NCBI GenBank assembly: GCA_007376725.1
Contig: VMGT01000004.1
Location: 1-51,976, forward strand
Reading direction: 5' to 3'
Source of the DNA: Parcubacteria group bacterium Greene1014_15
Lineage (GTDB): Bacteria > Patescibacteriota > Minisyncoccia > Phycocordibacterales > VMGT01
Length of the DNA: 51,976 bases
Shown: positions 39,011-48,659 of the stretch, in pieces
How the letters are laid out: the number at the start of each line of letters is the position of its first letter
Numbering within the stretch: position 1 is the first letter of the stretch
Made by a program: the position numbers and the translations under genes
The notes under the pieces: model-generated
Seen by the model: the letters and a program-made list of their open reading frames with translations, nothing else
Database searches by the model: none
Told to the model about the DNA's origin: nothing

Positions 39011-39529
39011 TTATGTATGTTTATGATAAGAAATCTTGTCCTTAATCTTTTTGAGGTTGATATATTTTGCTCGATCCAATAACTCTTTGGCGACATGGCC
39101 TTTTGTGGACATAACTAATACTCTTTTGTTTTGGGCCTTCACTGCATCAAGTAATGGCGCAAAGTCACTATCCCCCGACATCAGAACCAAGGTGTCAAAA
39201 TTATTGATATTCCCCAGCACGTCGATGGTAAGTTCAACGTCGAGATTCCCTTTCCATTCGTAGACACTCTTCGAAACCTTGATCCTCTTCACTTCTTTTG
39301 CTTTCACAACATAGCCAAATCTCTCAAGTTTTTGTATGAAAAGATTTTGCTTGTAATTTTCACCAACCCGGCCAGTATAAAAATACATAGCGCAAAGATT
39401 ACATTCTCCCTCGAAATACTTTTTTAATTTTTCATAATCCACACGCCAACGCAACGTCTGTTGCGAATAGAGAATATTGGCAGCGTCAACAAAAACATAC
39501 ACTCTTCCTTTTGCAAATTGGCCAATCAT
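39011..39529 (-). CDS. NYN-domain (LabA/DUF88, PIN-like) protein
   Basis: VFVDAANI, KGNLDVELTID, LMSGDSDFAPL. Confidence 0.93.
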   Translation of the reverse strand: MIGQFAKGRVYVFVDAANILYSQQTLRWRVDYEKLKKYFEGECNLCAMYFYTGRVGENYKQNLFIQKLERFGYVVKAKEVKRIKVSKSVYEWKGNLDVELTIDVLGNINNFDTLVLMSGDSDFAPLLDAVKAQNKRVLVMSTKGHVAKELLDRAKYINLKKIKDKISYHKHT

Positions 39530-39571
39530 AATTTTCTGTTACTATAGCCCAAAATCCAACAGAAAAGCAAA

Positions 39572-39596
39572 ACCGGCTCTCGCGTTGAGAGCCGGT
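39572..39596 (-). terminator. Terminator-like hairpin upstream of the NYN gene
   Basis: ACCGGCTCTC/GAGAGCCGGT followed by TTTGCTTTT on the minus strand. Confidence 0.65.
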
Positions 39597-39638
39597 CACA
39601 GCATCTGCAGTATCATCGTTCTTCGTTCGGAACGAGTC

Positions 39639-40210
39639 TCACGCAAACATCACCAGAAAGCCAATCCCAACAAGTACTGCAAAAACAAAAGTCATCGCCC
39701 AACGCCGCGCATCGGTATCAGAATCATCATGGTGTTCTACAGATACGCGAGTTTTTCCATTTTCAGCGTAGGCAATTTTTTGAACAAGACACATCCGGTA
39801 GAAAATTTTGATCCAAACAGGAATCACGACCATAAACCACAACAGGCCAACAATGAGTTGAATCAAATCATTGCCAATCATTTTCCAGATGACAAGCACA
39901 ATAGTCAGTGTGCCCAGAGATGTCTTGGAAAAATCTTCAACTGCGATTCCAAGCTCCTTTGCCGCTCCACCCATTGCCTTTCCTACCCGCTCACCCAAAA
40001 CAACCCATTGCTCGAGTTTTTCCGGCGTCGCTGGGCCTTTGTGCTCTGTTCCCGCATGGTAGCAGCTTGCTGCGCAAGCTGCGCTTTCTGTGAGTCAGTA
40101 AGATCGCTAAGATCAATTGACACAACACTGCCCGCATATACATAATCCAAATTCTCTGTCCCCAACATCACTCCAATTGTCAAAACAAAGGTCAATAGCC
40201 ATGGCCACAT
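39639..40210 (-). pseudogene. Membrane protein split by a 1-nt frameshift near 40040
   Basis: AAGGAG SD before ATG 40210; adding one base joins ...MREQST to KGPATPEKLEQWVVLGERVGKAMGGAAKELG. Confidence 0.7.
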
Positions 40211-40319
40211 ATTCTGTCTCCTTGTTGTGTATTCATTATTCAAACTTCACCGTGCCCGTTCTTATAAATACACCATTTTATATAAAAGTCAAGAAGTGTG
40301 TTGGTTTGGTAGCCAGAAC

Positions 40320-40961
40320 CTATTTTTCTCGTTTTGCGCGCCACACATCAATGTTTTTGTGGTGCCCCGAAAGAAGCACCTTTGGCACCTTGTACTTTTT
40401 ACCTTTATAGAACAAAATCTCTGGCCGCGTATACACATCACTGCTCGCAATTCTCTCTTCCTCGAGTGATTCGTACGTTCCAATTACACCGGGGATTCGG
40501 CGAGTCGTTGTATCCATAATAACAAGCGCCGCAAGTTCGCCTCCCGTGAGAATATAGGGACCAATAGAAATATCATCCATAGGAAATACTTTTTTAACGC
40601 GAGCATCCACTCCCTCGTAGCGTCCACACACAAAGATCACATGAGTATATTTCTTCACTAAATTTTCTGCATAGGTATTCGTAAAGAGCCCTCCTGTCGG
40701 AGAGAAGAAAATTATTTTGACTTTTTTCCTTCTTCCTTTCGCTTTCGCAATAGCCTTGATCACAGCTTCAGCCTCGAGCACCATACCGGGGCCTCCGCCA
40801 TACGGCCGATGATCTACCCTCCTATGCTTGTCCGCAGTAAAATCACGCGGATTGTAGTAGAAGACTTTGATTTTCTTTTTTTCCAAAGCACGCGAAAGAA
40901 TCGACGTACCAAGATACGAGGAAAAACTTTCGGGAAATAATGTAACGATATGAAAATGCAT
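40320..40961 (-). CDS. trmD: tRNA (guanine37-N1)-methyltransferase
   Basis: PYGGGPGMV, CGRYEGVDAR, SIGPYILTGGE; start moved to ATG 40961. Confidence 0.98.
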   Translation of the reverse strand: MHFHIVTLFPESFSSYLGTSILSRALEKKKIKVFYYNPRDFTADKHRRVDHRPYGGGPGMVLEAEAVIKAIAKAKGRRKKVKIIFFSPTGGLFTNTYAENLVKKYTHVIFVCGRYEGVDARVKKVFPMDDISIGPYILTGGELAALVIMDTTTRRIPGVIGTYESLEEERIASSDVYTRPEILFYKGKKYKVPKVLLSGHHKNIDVWRAKREK

Positions 40962-40965
40962 AGCT

Positions 40966-41130
40966 TTAGAGCCTGTCCACGATCTCGCTTTCAAGACGAA
41001 TTTTTCAAATTTTGAGGCAAAAAAAGTGAAATTTGACAAACTGAATCGGGATTCAGAAAGGAAAATTACGCTTTTTTGGTCAAAAATTTGGAAAATTCTA
41101 GTCGAAATGGAGATCGTGGATAGGTTCTTA
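40966..41130 (+). mobile_element. MITE-like palindrome family B, copy 4 (divergent)
   Basis: TTA-GAGCCTGTCCACGATCTC...GAGATCGTGGATAGGTTC-TTA; the two IR mismatches are both G.T on the + strand. Confidence 0.75.
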
Positions 41131-41132
41131 TA

Positions 41133-41162
41133 GTAAACCGTGGCATTGCTGCCACGGTTTAC
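41133..41162 (-). terminator. Hairpin after khpA
   Basis: GTAAACCGTGGCA/TGCCACGGTTTAC 13-bp stem. Confidence 0.6.
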
Positions 41163-41187
41163 ATCTTCAACTTATTGAGAAACAAAT

Positions 41188-41511
41188 TTATATCTTGAAA
41201 TCGTCCATCGCCTCGTCTACGGCTGTCTGGCTGATAGAATTCGGTGAATTTCGTGTCGAACCCGCTGGTTCGTTGATCTTCAAGTTAACACGAGCATTGT
41301 TCTTCATGCCGACAACGCGCAAAAGTGTTCGGATCGCTTTAGCTGTATTGCCTGAGCGGCCAATAACCTTACCCATGTCTTGTGCATTAACATCAAGAGT
41401 AATAAGAACACCCATTTCATCTACAACGCGGTTAATCTTTACATCTTCAGGATGATCAACGAGCGCTTGAATAACGTACTCGAGGAATTCCTGATCGCGA
41501 TATTCTTCCAT
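41188..41511 (-). CDS. khpA: KH-domain RNA-binding protein
   Basis: DMGKVIGRSGNTAKAIRTLL; lies next to rpsP. Confidence 0.93.
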   Translation of the reverse strand: MEEYRDQEFLEYVIQALVDHPEDVKINRVVDEMGVLITLDVNAQDMGKVIGRSGNTAKAIRTLLRVVGMKNNARVNLKINEPAGSTRNSPNSISQTAVDEAMDDFKI

Positions 41512-41595
41512 ATCGGGATTAGTCTAAATCTGATAATCAAACATCTATCATTTCGACCGCTCGGTAAGGGTATTATACCAGAACACTCAAAACGG

Positions 41596-41964
41596 TCAAG
41601 ATGCAACTTCCGATGCGGCAACTTCAGCAGCAGGCGCAGGGGCACTTGCTGCTATCTTTTCTTCTTGTTTGACTTCCTTCAAAATCGGCCGCTTTTTCGG
41701 GAGAACATTCACTTTTTTGCCGGTAATGATCTTGTGGTTTAACAACATATTGTGCACCGTAGGAGATACTTGCGCGCCCTTTGAAACCCAGTACAAAATG
41801 CGCTCGCCGTTGATGCTAGCTTTTTCCTGACCTTCATGCGGATTGTATGATCCAAAGGTTTCAATAACACGGCCGCTTTTGGGACCACTTGTCGACTCCG
41901 TCAAAATAAGACGAAATGAAGGGTCATTTTTGCGGCCAACACGCTTCAATCTGACTTTTAACAT
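41596..41964 (-). CDS. rpsP: 30S ribosomal protein S16
   Basis: MLKVRLKRVGRKN, GSYNP, WVSKGAQVSPTV; start ATG 41964. Confidence 0.97.
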   Translation of the reverse strand: MLKVRLKRVGRKNDPSFRLILTESTSGPKSGRVIETFGSYNPHEGQEKASINGERILYWVSKGAQVSPTVHNMLLNHKIITGKKVNVLPKKRPILKEVKQEEKIAASAPAPAAEVAASEVAS

Positions 41965-41971
41965 TTGGTGT

Positions 41972-42000
41972 ATACTAGCAAACAGAACTAAAACAGTCAA
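41972..42000 (-). promoter_or_regulatory. rpsP promoter (probably leaderless)
   Basis: TTGACT-17nt-TAGTAT with TGn, 7 nt before ATG. Confidence 0.6.
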
Positions 42001-42057
42001 CGACTCATTGACAATCAGCACTCGTGTATTTCGAGTCAGCATGTTAGCGTACATACT

Positions 42058-44010
42058 ATGAGAAAAAGAAAACGGATGCAAAAAAACACACCCTCAAAAC
42101 AACCATTTCGGGGTATCGTTTCGCTCACAGCACGTAGAATCGGTTTTGTCGCGAATGAAAAATTCGAAGAGGATATCCTTATTCCCGAAGAATATCTCAA
42201 TACCGCGCTTCAAGGTGACGAAGTGGAAGTTGAACTGCTACCTCCACGCCGAGGTGAACGACAGCAAGGAAAAATCCTCAAAATCATTGTTCGAAAAAGA
42301 ATGCAATTTGTCGGTACTATCAAAATAGAAAACGGAATCTCGACACTCATTCCCGACGACAGAAAAATGTACGCGACCATTATCATCACCAAGAATGAAG
42401 CAGAAAAACTTGCGCCAGAAACAAAAGCGCTCGTGGAAATCATCTGGGACAATCCGCGCGAAAACCCGATAGGCACAATTAAAAAAGTACTCGGTAAAAA
42501 AGGGGATCACGAAGTTGAAATGGAGGCAATCATTCTTGAAAAAGGGTTCACTTCAGGATTTCCCGAAAATGTCGAGAAGGAAGCGGAAGAGCTCAAGAAA
42601 AATTCAAGTAGTACAGAGAGAGATCGCGCAGAACGCAGAGACATGCGAGAAATACCGACATGCACTATTGACCCCGCAAACGCTAAAGATTTTGATGACG
42701 CGCTGTCGTTCCGAGAAAACGAAGACGGCAGCTATGAAATAGGTGTGCATATTGCCGATGTGTCACACTATGTACACGAAGGCACAGCACTCGATCGCGA
42801 AGCGATTTCCCGCGGCGTTTCGGTGTATCTTGTCGATCGCACCATCCCCATGCTTCCGCACATTCTTTCAAACGATCTCTGTAGCCTCAATCCAAATGAA
42901 GACAAAAGAACGTTCTCTGCGATTTTCACGCTTGACCAAAATGGCGCTGTCAAAGAACGCTGGTTCGGAAAGACACTCATGCATTCGAATAAGCGTTTCA
43001 GTTATGAAGAAGCGCAGCAGACGATAGAGAGTGGTGAAGGAATTTTCGGCCGAGAACTTGGTATTCTCAATGTGCTAGCAAAAAAAATAAAAGCTCGACG
43101 ACACGCACACGGCGCAATTGACTTCGAGGAAGATGAGGTTCAATTTACGCTCGACGCACAAGGAAAACCTATCGAGATCAAGCGCAAGGTGCGCCTTGAC
43201 GCGCACAAGCTCATCGAGGAATTCATGCTTCTTGCCAATCGAGAAGTCGCGGAATGTATCAATCGCCTCGAAAAAGAAACAGGAAGCAAAAGACTATTCG
43301 TCTACAGGATCCACGATATGCCAAACTCTGAAAAAATGGAGGAGCTCGCAATCTTTCTGCGTGCCATCGGTCATGAACTTCCCACACTGCAGGGAAAAGT
43401 AAGTTCAAAAGACCTTAACGCACTCTTTAAAAGAATAGAAGGTGAGGCAACTGAAGGTCTCATAAAAACCGCGGCTCTGCGCGCTATGTCAAAAGCGATA
43501 TACTCAACAAAAAACATCGGCCATTTCGGCCTTGCTTTTAAGTACTATACGCACTTCACCTCTCCTATTCGCCGCTATCCGGACATCATGGTGCATCGTC
43601 TTCTTGAAAAATATCTCAAGCACGAGGTTGTGCACGCATCGGAACTCAATAAGTATCACCGTCTTGCGACATCTTCGACACAACAGGAAATCGCCGCAAC
43701 GGACGCGGAGCGCGCGTCCATCAAGTTCAAGCAAGTCGAATATATGGCAGAACATATCGGAGAAACATTCGATGCAATTATTTCAGGCGTCACAGAATGG
43801 GGAATTTACGTTGAGGTCGTATCCACCAAAGCAGAAGGAATGATCCACATTCGCAATCTTGGAAGAGAATACTTTGAACTCGACCAAAAAAATTACCGTC
43901 TTATTGGCACAGACACGAGAAAGTCTTTCAATCTCGGAGACAAACTCAAAGTAAAACTCACCGGCGCCGACATAGACGCGCGGACTCTTGACTTTGCTCT
44001 TTTTGTGTGA
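42058..44010 (+). CDS. rnr: Ribonuclease R
   Basis: TIDPANAKDFDDA, HFTSPIRRYPD, C-terminal S1; start may be 42076. Confidence 0.96.
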   Translation: MRKRKRMQKNTPSKQPFRGIVSLTARRIGFVANEKFEEDILIPEEYLNTALQGDEVEVELLPPRRGERQQGKILKIIVRKRMQFVGTIKIENGISTLIPDDRKMYATIIITKNEAEKLAPETKALVEIIWDNPRENPIGTIKKVLGKKGDHEVEMEAIILEKGFTSGFPENVEKEAEELKKNSSSTERDRAERRDMREIPTCTIDPANAKDFDDALSFRENEDGSYEIGVHIADVSHYVHEGTALDREAISRGVSVYLVDRTIPMLPHILSNDLCSLNPNEDKRTFSAIFTLDQNGAVKERWFGKTLMHSNKRFSYEEAQQTIESGEGIFGRELGILNVLAKKIKARRHAHGAIDFEEDEVQFTLDAQGKPIEIKRKVRLDAHKLIEEFMLLANREVAECINRLEKETGSKRLFVYRIHDMPNSEKMEELAIFLRAIGHELPTLQGKVSSKDLNALFKRIEGEATEGLIKTAALRAMSKAIYSTKNIGHFGLAFKYYTHFTSPIRRYPDIMVHRLLEKYLKHEVVHASELNKYHRLATSSTQQEIAATDAERASIKFKQVEYMAEHIGETFDAIISGVTEWGIYVEVVSTKAEGMIHIRNLGREYFELDQKNYRLIGTDTRKSFNLGDKLKVKLTGADIDARTLDFALFV

Positions 44011-44065
44011 TACTCTTTTACGAGTCTTCGAAAGAGAGCATGCCACAAGAAAAAAGGAGAAAGAT

Positions 44066-44437
44066 ATGCTTGCGGACCTCATGGAGGAACTCAAAAAACG
44101 CCCACAAACATGGGCCGAGCGGCGAAAACAACTTCGTCAACGACATGGAACTATCGACCCGGGTCTGCCTCCTCACTTCATCACGTTATTAGAAAACAGA
44201 AATGAAAACGAATTCTGGGAGGCAAAAAAATTGACCGACGCGCCGGTCATCATCAGTGAGGAAAGGTACACGGACATCCCAAATACAGTCATAGTATATG
44301 GCTTGGATGTCGAGCGCAGGAATCTTAACGAGTTCTGGCATGTTTTTGGACATCTTTGCAGTGAAAACTACCACACCTGCGATGCACGGTGTGAAATCTA
44401 CGAGCTTCCTCCTTACAAAGAAAAGCCGTTCATATAG
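44066..44437 (+). CDS. Hypothetical protein
   Basis: AAGGAG SD before ATG 44066. Confidence 0.65.
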   Translation: MLADLMEELKKRPQTWAERRKQLRQRHGTIDPGLPPHFITLLENRNENEFWEAKKLTDAPVIISEERYTDIPNTVIVYGLDVERRNLNEFWHVFGHLCSENYHTCDARCEIYELPPYKEKPFI

Positions 44438-44450
44438 AACATGCGCAGAA

Positions 44451-44487
44451 AACCCGAGGACACAACGTCCTCGGGTTGAATTTTTTC
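44451..44487 (+). terminator. Intrinsic terminator between convergent genes
   Basis: AACCCGAGGAC/GTCCTCGGGTT plus T-run. Confidence 0.75.
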
Positions 44488-44499
44488 TTATCTACGCAA

Positions 44500-44961
44500 C
44501 TATTTCAAATGCAGCTCAAAATATGTATCTTTGCGCTCAAAGCCAAGTTTTTCGTAAAGGCTACGCCCAGCATTGCGATGTGCGGCGCTTGATAAAACTA
44601 TTTTGTGGCAATCTGCTTCGCGCGCATGTTCAATCGCTCTCAACATAAGCCGCTCCCCGATCCCGAGACCTCGATAATTTGTATCAACCACAACATCATC
44701 AATAGCGCCCTGACGGCCAGTCAATGTCTCAAATATGTTGAGCGTCAAAATGCCGATGATGTCGCCGCAAATTTCCGGCCGCGCAACATAGACAAAGGCA
44801 GAAGTTCTCTGCAAATACGAACGGAGTGTTGTTCCGCTCATACACACAAAGCTCTTGCTCAACTGTGTAAGTAGTCGGTTTATGGACCAAATATCTCGCC
44901 ATTCAACAATCGTATCTTGTTTCGTAATCAAAGAAATCGTTGTCGAAAGTAAATCGGTCAT
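44500..44961 (-). CDS. GNAT N-acetyltransferase
   Basis: IDDVVVDTNYRGLGIGERL, LYEKLGF; GGAGGAGG SD before ATG 44961. Confidence 0.9.
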   Translation of the reverse strand: MTDLLSTTISLITKQDTIVEWRDIWSINRLLTQLSKSFVCMSGTTLRSYLQRTSAFVYVARPEICGDIIGILTLNIFETLTGRQGAIDDVVVDTNYRGLGIGERLMLRAIEHAREADCHKIVLSSAAHRNAGRSLYEKLGFERKDTYFELHLK

Positions 44962-45045
44962 GGCCTCCTCCATCAAAAAATTATCATGGCTGCTGCGATA
45001 ACCATGCGTTCGTCCTCTATATGGCACAACCCATATATCAAATGA

Positions 45046-45303
45046 TCAATTGCCCGATCTTCCCGCTTGGGTTTTTCCACTCGATAGCTCCTCATGTTCC
45101 CATGAAAATAAATCGTCTAGCAGCGCGAGAATTTGAATACGATTACCGAAATTTTTACTCGAAATAACCGTATTCCACCCACCGTCCATAAGAATGTCGA
45201 TCGTCCCACTTGGACGATCAATCCGAAACATCCGCCCATGATAGTGCCATCCTGGTGCAACAATCTTCCCAAGCTCCTCCAGAAACACCCATTCAACCGC
45301 CAT
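45046..45303 (-). CDS. Small hypothetical protein
   Basis: AAGGAGG SD before ATG 45303. Confidence 0.6.
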   Translation of the reverse strand: MAVEWVFLEELGKIVAPGWHYHGRMFRIDRPSGTIDILMDGGWNTVISSKNFGNRIQILALLDDLFSWEHEELSSGKTQAGRSGN

Positions 45304-45395
45304 GCAAACCTCCTTCGCATTTTTCAGTGACCTTAATCTAAAAAAACGATAGCACAAAGTATAATATATGTCAATTTTCCGTACCTACACAGAGG

Positions 45396-47651
45396 CTACT
45401 TCGCCACTTTTACTGCCTCATCAAAACGAACCGAGAGAAGCTGTGAGACACCGTCGCCGCTCATGGTTACGCCATACAAAATTCCAGCGCGGCTCATGGT
45501 CTCGCGATTGTGCGTAATCAAAATAAGCTGCGAGTGAACGGCAAGATTCTCTATCATGTCGCCGTACTTGCGCGAATTCGCTTCATCAAGCGCGGCGTCT
45601 GTTTCATCCAGTATCAAAAACGGCGGAGGATTCACTTGTGATATCGCAAAGATAAGCGCAATCGAGGTGAGCGCGCGCTCCCCTCCCGAGAGTATGTCGA
45701 GATTGCTCACGCGCTTGCGCGGCAGGCTGACCTCAATCATCATTCCCTCAACGCCCTCCTCCTCTTCAGAGATACTGTCTGCATCCTCCTCACCTGCAAG
45801 AACAAGCTGTAGACGCCGGCGCTTTTTTTCGCGTACCACAGAAAGAGATGCAGTGCCGCCGCCAAACATCAGAGAAAAATAATTCTGGAATTGATCGTTA
45901 ATTTTCGCAACGCCCGCTTTGAATTCGTAATCGAGGCGAACATCAAGGTCGGTTATTAGTTCACGAAGCGATTGCGCCGATTGACGCAAATCCCCAAGTT
46001 CCCTTGCAAGAAACTCATCTCGCGCGAGTATCTCATCATATTCCCGCTTGACTTCGCCGCCCGCACCGTTGCCCATCTCTTCGAGGCGAACACAAGTACG
46101 CTCAATGGCTCGTCTGCGCTCGCGCTGCTTATCTCTTCCCTCGGCAAGTACGTCCACACTATTAATAACAAAATTGGCATAGTTCACGAGCTCGCGCCCA
46201 ACAACAGCAGCAGCTTCGCCGAGATCATTTTTAAACTCTTTCTCTTCACGTTCGCACTGTTCTTCTTTCAAACGAATCTGCATCAATTCCGTGTGTAACA
46301 CTTGCTGCTCCCGCATAAGCGCAAACATCTCTCGCTCCGCTTCTCTGCCAACTTCCTTTTCCCTTTCCATCTCTTCACACATCATGCGATATTCAAGGTC
46401 AAGAGCACGTCCTTCTTTTTCAAGTTCTGATATTTTTTCCTCTATGTGCTTCTTCTGCTCAACCTGATCATCATAGTCTTTTGTATCGAGAGTGATCTTT
46501 TCTATTCCACCCTCGGACTCATGCAGAAGAAACTTTTGCATAATCTCATGTATCCGCGAAAAAGCAGCCTGAATACCCTCAAGCGTCTGCCGCTCCGCTA
46601 TATGCCCTATCTCCACATCAAGCTTGTGAACAAATTCTTCCACACGAGAAAAAGAAATACTCCTCTGTTTATGCGCGAGATTGCGCTCCTGTTCTTTGCG
46701 AAAATGCATCTGCCAAGCAGAGATCATGCCTTCAAGCCGCCCCAATTTGCGCTCGGCGCTGCTTCTCTCGTCTCGTGCCGCATGCATACGCTCTTCAAGA
46801 GAAACTATTGCATGGCTCCGTCCATCGGTCTTTGAACTCACAGCGAGCTCTTTTTTGAGATTTTGAAGTTTTTCCTCAAGTCCCTCTTTCTTTTTTTCTG
46901 GTATTTCGCGCTCTCGAACAAGCCGCTGCCGCACATCGGCAATATAGAGAGATTCGCGCTTGAAATATTCAAGGCAGAGTGTTCGCAAATCACCGCGCAT
47001 ATGTTCCGCTTTTGCAACTTTTTCAACCTGTCTCTTTAAAAAGGAAATGTGCGGTGCGATCTCTTTCCGCAGCGACTCGACAGAGCGCATATTTTCTTCT
47101 GTTTTTTCAAGCTTTTTTTCACTCTCCTGTTTTTTAAATTGATATACTTTGAGTCCAAGCGCTTCCTCGATCATGACACGACGCTCTTTGAGCGTTGCAT
47201 TCAAAATTCTATCCGCCTCACCTTGAGAAATAATGTGATGCCCGGAAGAACCAATGTGCGCGTGCGCAACCAATTCCATGATGTCACGCAGACGTACGCG
47301 AGATCCGTTGATAAAATACTCATTCGTACCATCTCGATGCACAATCCGTTCAATGACCACTTCGTTGTAGTCAATGTTGAGTATCCGGTCGGCATTATCG
47401 AGTGTGATCTTCACACTGCCGCGATTCGATTTTGCCCCCGCCCCGATACCGCTGTAAATAAGGTCTTCGCCACGCTTTCCGCGGAGCGACTTCATGGATT
47501 GTTCGCCGAGAGCAAAACGAAAACTCTCTGCAATATTTGATTTCCCGCTGCCGTTCGGACCAACGATCGCCGTAATAGGCGCACTAAACTCAAGCGAAGT
47601 TTTTTTCGCAAAAGACTTAAACCCCGAGAGTTCAAGAGAGATGAGGCGCAT
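45396..47651 (-). CDS. smc: Short SMC-family ATPase
   Basis: GFKSF, GPNGSGKSN, SQG Q-loop, LSGGE, LILDE, AALD, ITH; downstream of rnc. Confidence 0.9.
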   Translation of the reverse strand: MRLISLELSGFKSFAKKTSLEFSAPITAIVGPNGSGKSNIAESFRFALGEQSMKSLRGKRGEDLIYSGIGAGAKSNRGSVKITLDNADRILNIDYNEVVIERIVHRDGTNEYFINGSRVRLRDIMELVAHAHIGSSGHHIISQGEADRILNATLKERRVMIEEALGLKVYQFKKQESEKKLEKTEENMRSVESLRKEIAPHISFLKRQVEKVAKAEHMRGDLRTLCLEYFKRESLYIADVRQRLVREREIPEKKKEGLEEKLQNLKKELAVSSKTDGRSHAIVSLEERMHAARDERSSAERKLGRLEGMISAWQMHFRKEQERNLAHKQRSISFSRVEEFVHKLDVEIGHIAERQTLEGIQAAFSRIHEIMQKFLLHESEGGIEKITLDTKDYDDQVEQKKHIEEKISELEKEGRALDLEYRMMCEEMEREKEVGREAEREMFALMREQQVLHTELMQIRLKEEQCEREEKEFKNDLGEAAAVVGRELVNYANFVINSVDVLAEGRDKQRERRRAIERTCVRLEEMGNGAGGEVKREYDEILARDEFLARELGDLRQSAQSLRELITDLDVRLDYEFKAGVAKINDQFQNYFSLMFGGGTASLSVVREKKRRRLQLVLAGEEDADSISEEEEGVEGMMIEVSLPRKRVSNLDILSGGERALTSIALIFAISQVNPPPFLILDETDAALDEANSRKYGDMIENLAVHSQLILITHNRETMSRAGILYGVTMSGDGVSQLLSVRFDEAVKVAK

Positions 47652-47702
47652 CGCTCTTTATTGTAATATCGGAACGTCCACAATGCACGAGGATTATGTG
47701 CT

Positions 47703-47888
47703 TTAGACACTGTAACAAAATAAATTAAACATCTTATGCTCTCTGTATATCCATATATTGTTCGTGCTCAATCACAAAATGCTCACCGTATCTCTCGATA
47801 CGTTTCGAATTTGCTCATTCCGCGCCAAACAATATCTGAATACGCAGAAAACGTAATCTCGTCCAATTTATTTTGTTACAGTGCCTTA
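47703..47888 (-). mobile_element. MITE-like palindrome F at the rnc stop codon
   Basis: 19-bp perfect IR 47708-47726/47865-47883; TTA direct repeats, one of which is the rnc stop. Confidence 0.8.
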
Positions 47889-48578
47889 ATTCCAACGTTT
47901 TTCTTCAAGCGCGTGTCGCGCAGCCTCCTGCTCCGCCTCTTGCTTTGAGCGCCCTTTTCCTTCCGCAATCATTTCACTTCCGAGATACACAGCAACCGTA
48001 AAGTATTTGTCGTGGTCCGGTCCAGTCTCCTTTACCGTCTTATACGTTGGCGTAACACTTGCAATATCCTGCGCTTTTTCCTGAAATAGACTCTTCGAAT
48101 CCTGCCACAATCCCATTTCAACCATTTCTTTCTGCAAGGGAAAAAGATTTTTTTCAATAAAACTTTGCGCGATAGCATATCCTTGGTCAAGATAGATCGC
48201 ACCAATAACCGCCTCAAAAGTATTTGCAAGAATATATTGCCTTGCGCGACCCGTGTCTTTCGCTTCCCCGCGAGAAAGAAGGAGATAATCATCCATGTAT
48301 AAATTCCCAGCAACTCGCGAAATCGTATTGGTGTTCACAAGCGCAGAACGAAACGAGGTCAATTCACCCTCGGTCTTGTCTGGATAGATGCCATACAAGT
48401 ATTCCGTCACAACAAGTTCGAGCACTGCATCGCCTAAAAACTCAAGACGCTCATTGTGTCCGAGTCCAGCGCTCTTATTTTCATTGATGTACGAACGATG
48501 CGTAAAAGCTTGCCGGAGCAGGGCCTTGTTCTTGAATACAACAGCGTTCTGCTCTTCGAATTCGTTAAAGTCAGCCAT
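47886..48578 (-). CDS. rnc: Ribonuclease III
   Basis: HNERLEFLGDAVL, dsRBD; start ATG 48578. Confidence 0.98.
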   Translation of the reverse strand: MADFNEFEEQNAVVFKNKALLRQAFTHRSYINENKSAGLGHNERLEFLGDAVLELVVTEYLYGIYPDKTEGELTSFRSALVNTNTISRVAGNLYMDDYLLLSRGEAKDTGRARQYILANTFEAVIGAIYLDQGYAIAQSFIEKNLFPLQKEMVEMGLWQDSKSLFQEKAQDIASVTPTYKTVKETGPDHDKYFTVAVYLGSEMIAEGKGRSKQEAEQEAARHALEEKRWN

Positions 48579-48659
48579 AGAAATCCATCGGATTTCCAAG
48601 TTTGCAATTACCAATCTCCACGCTGGAGTAGACCCTATCGGGCATTGCAAAATTGAAAA

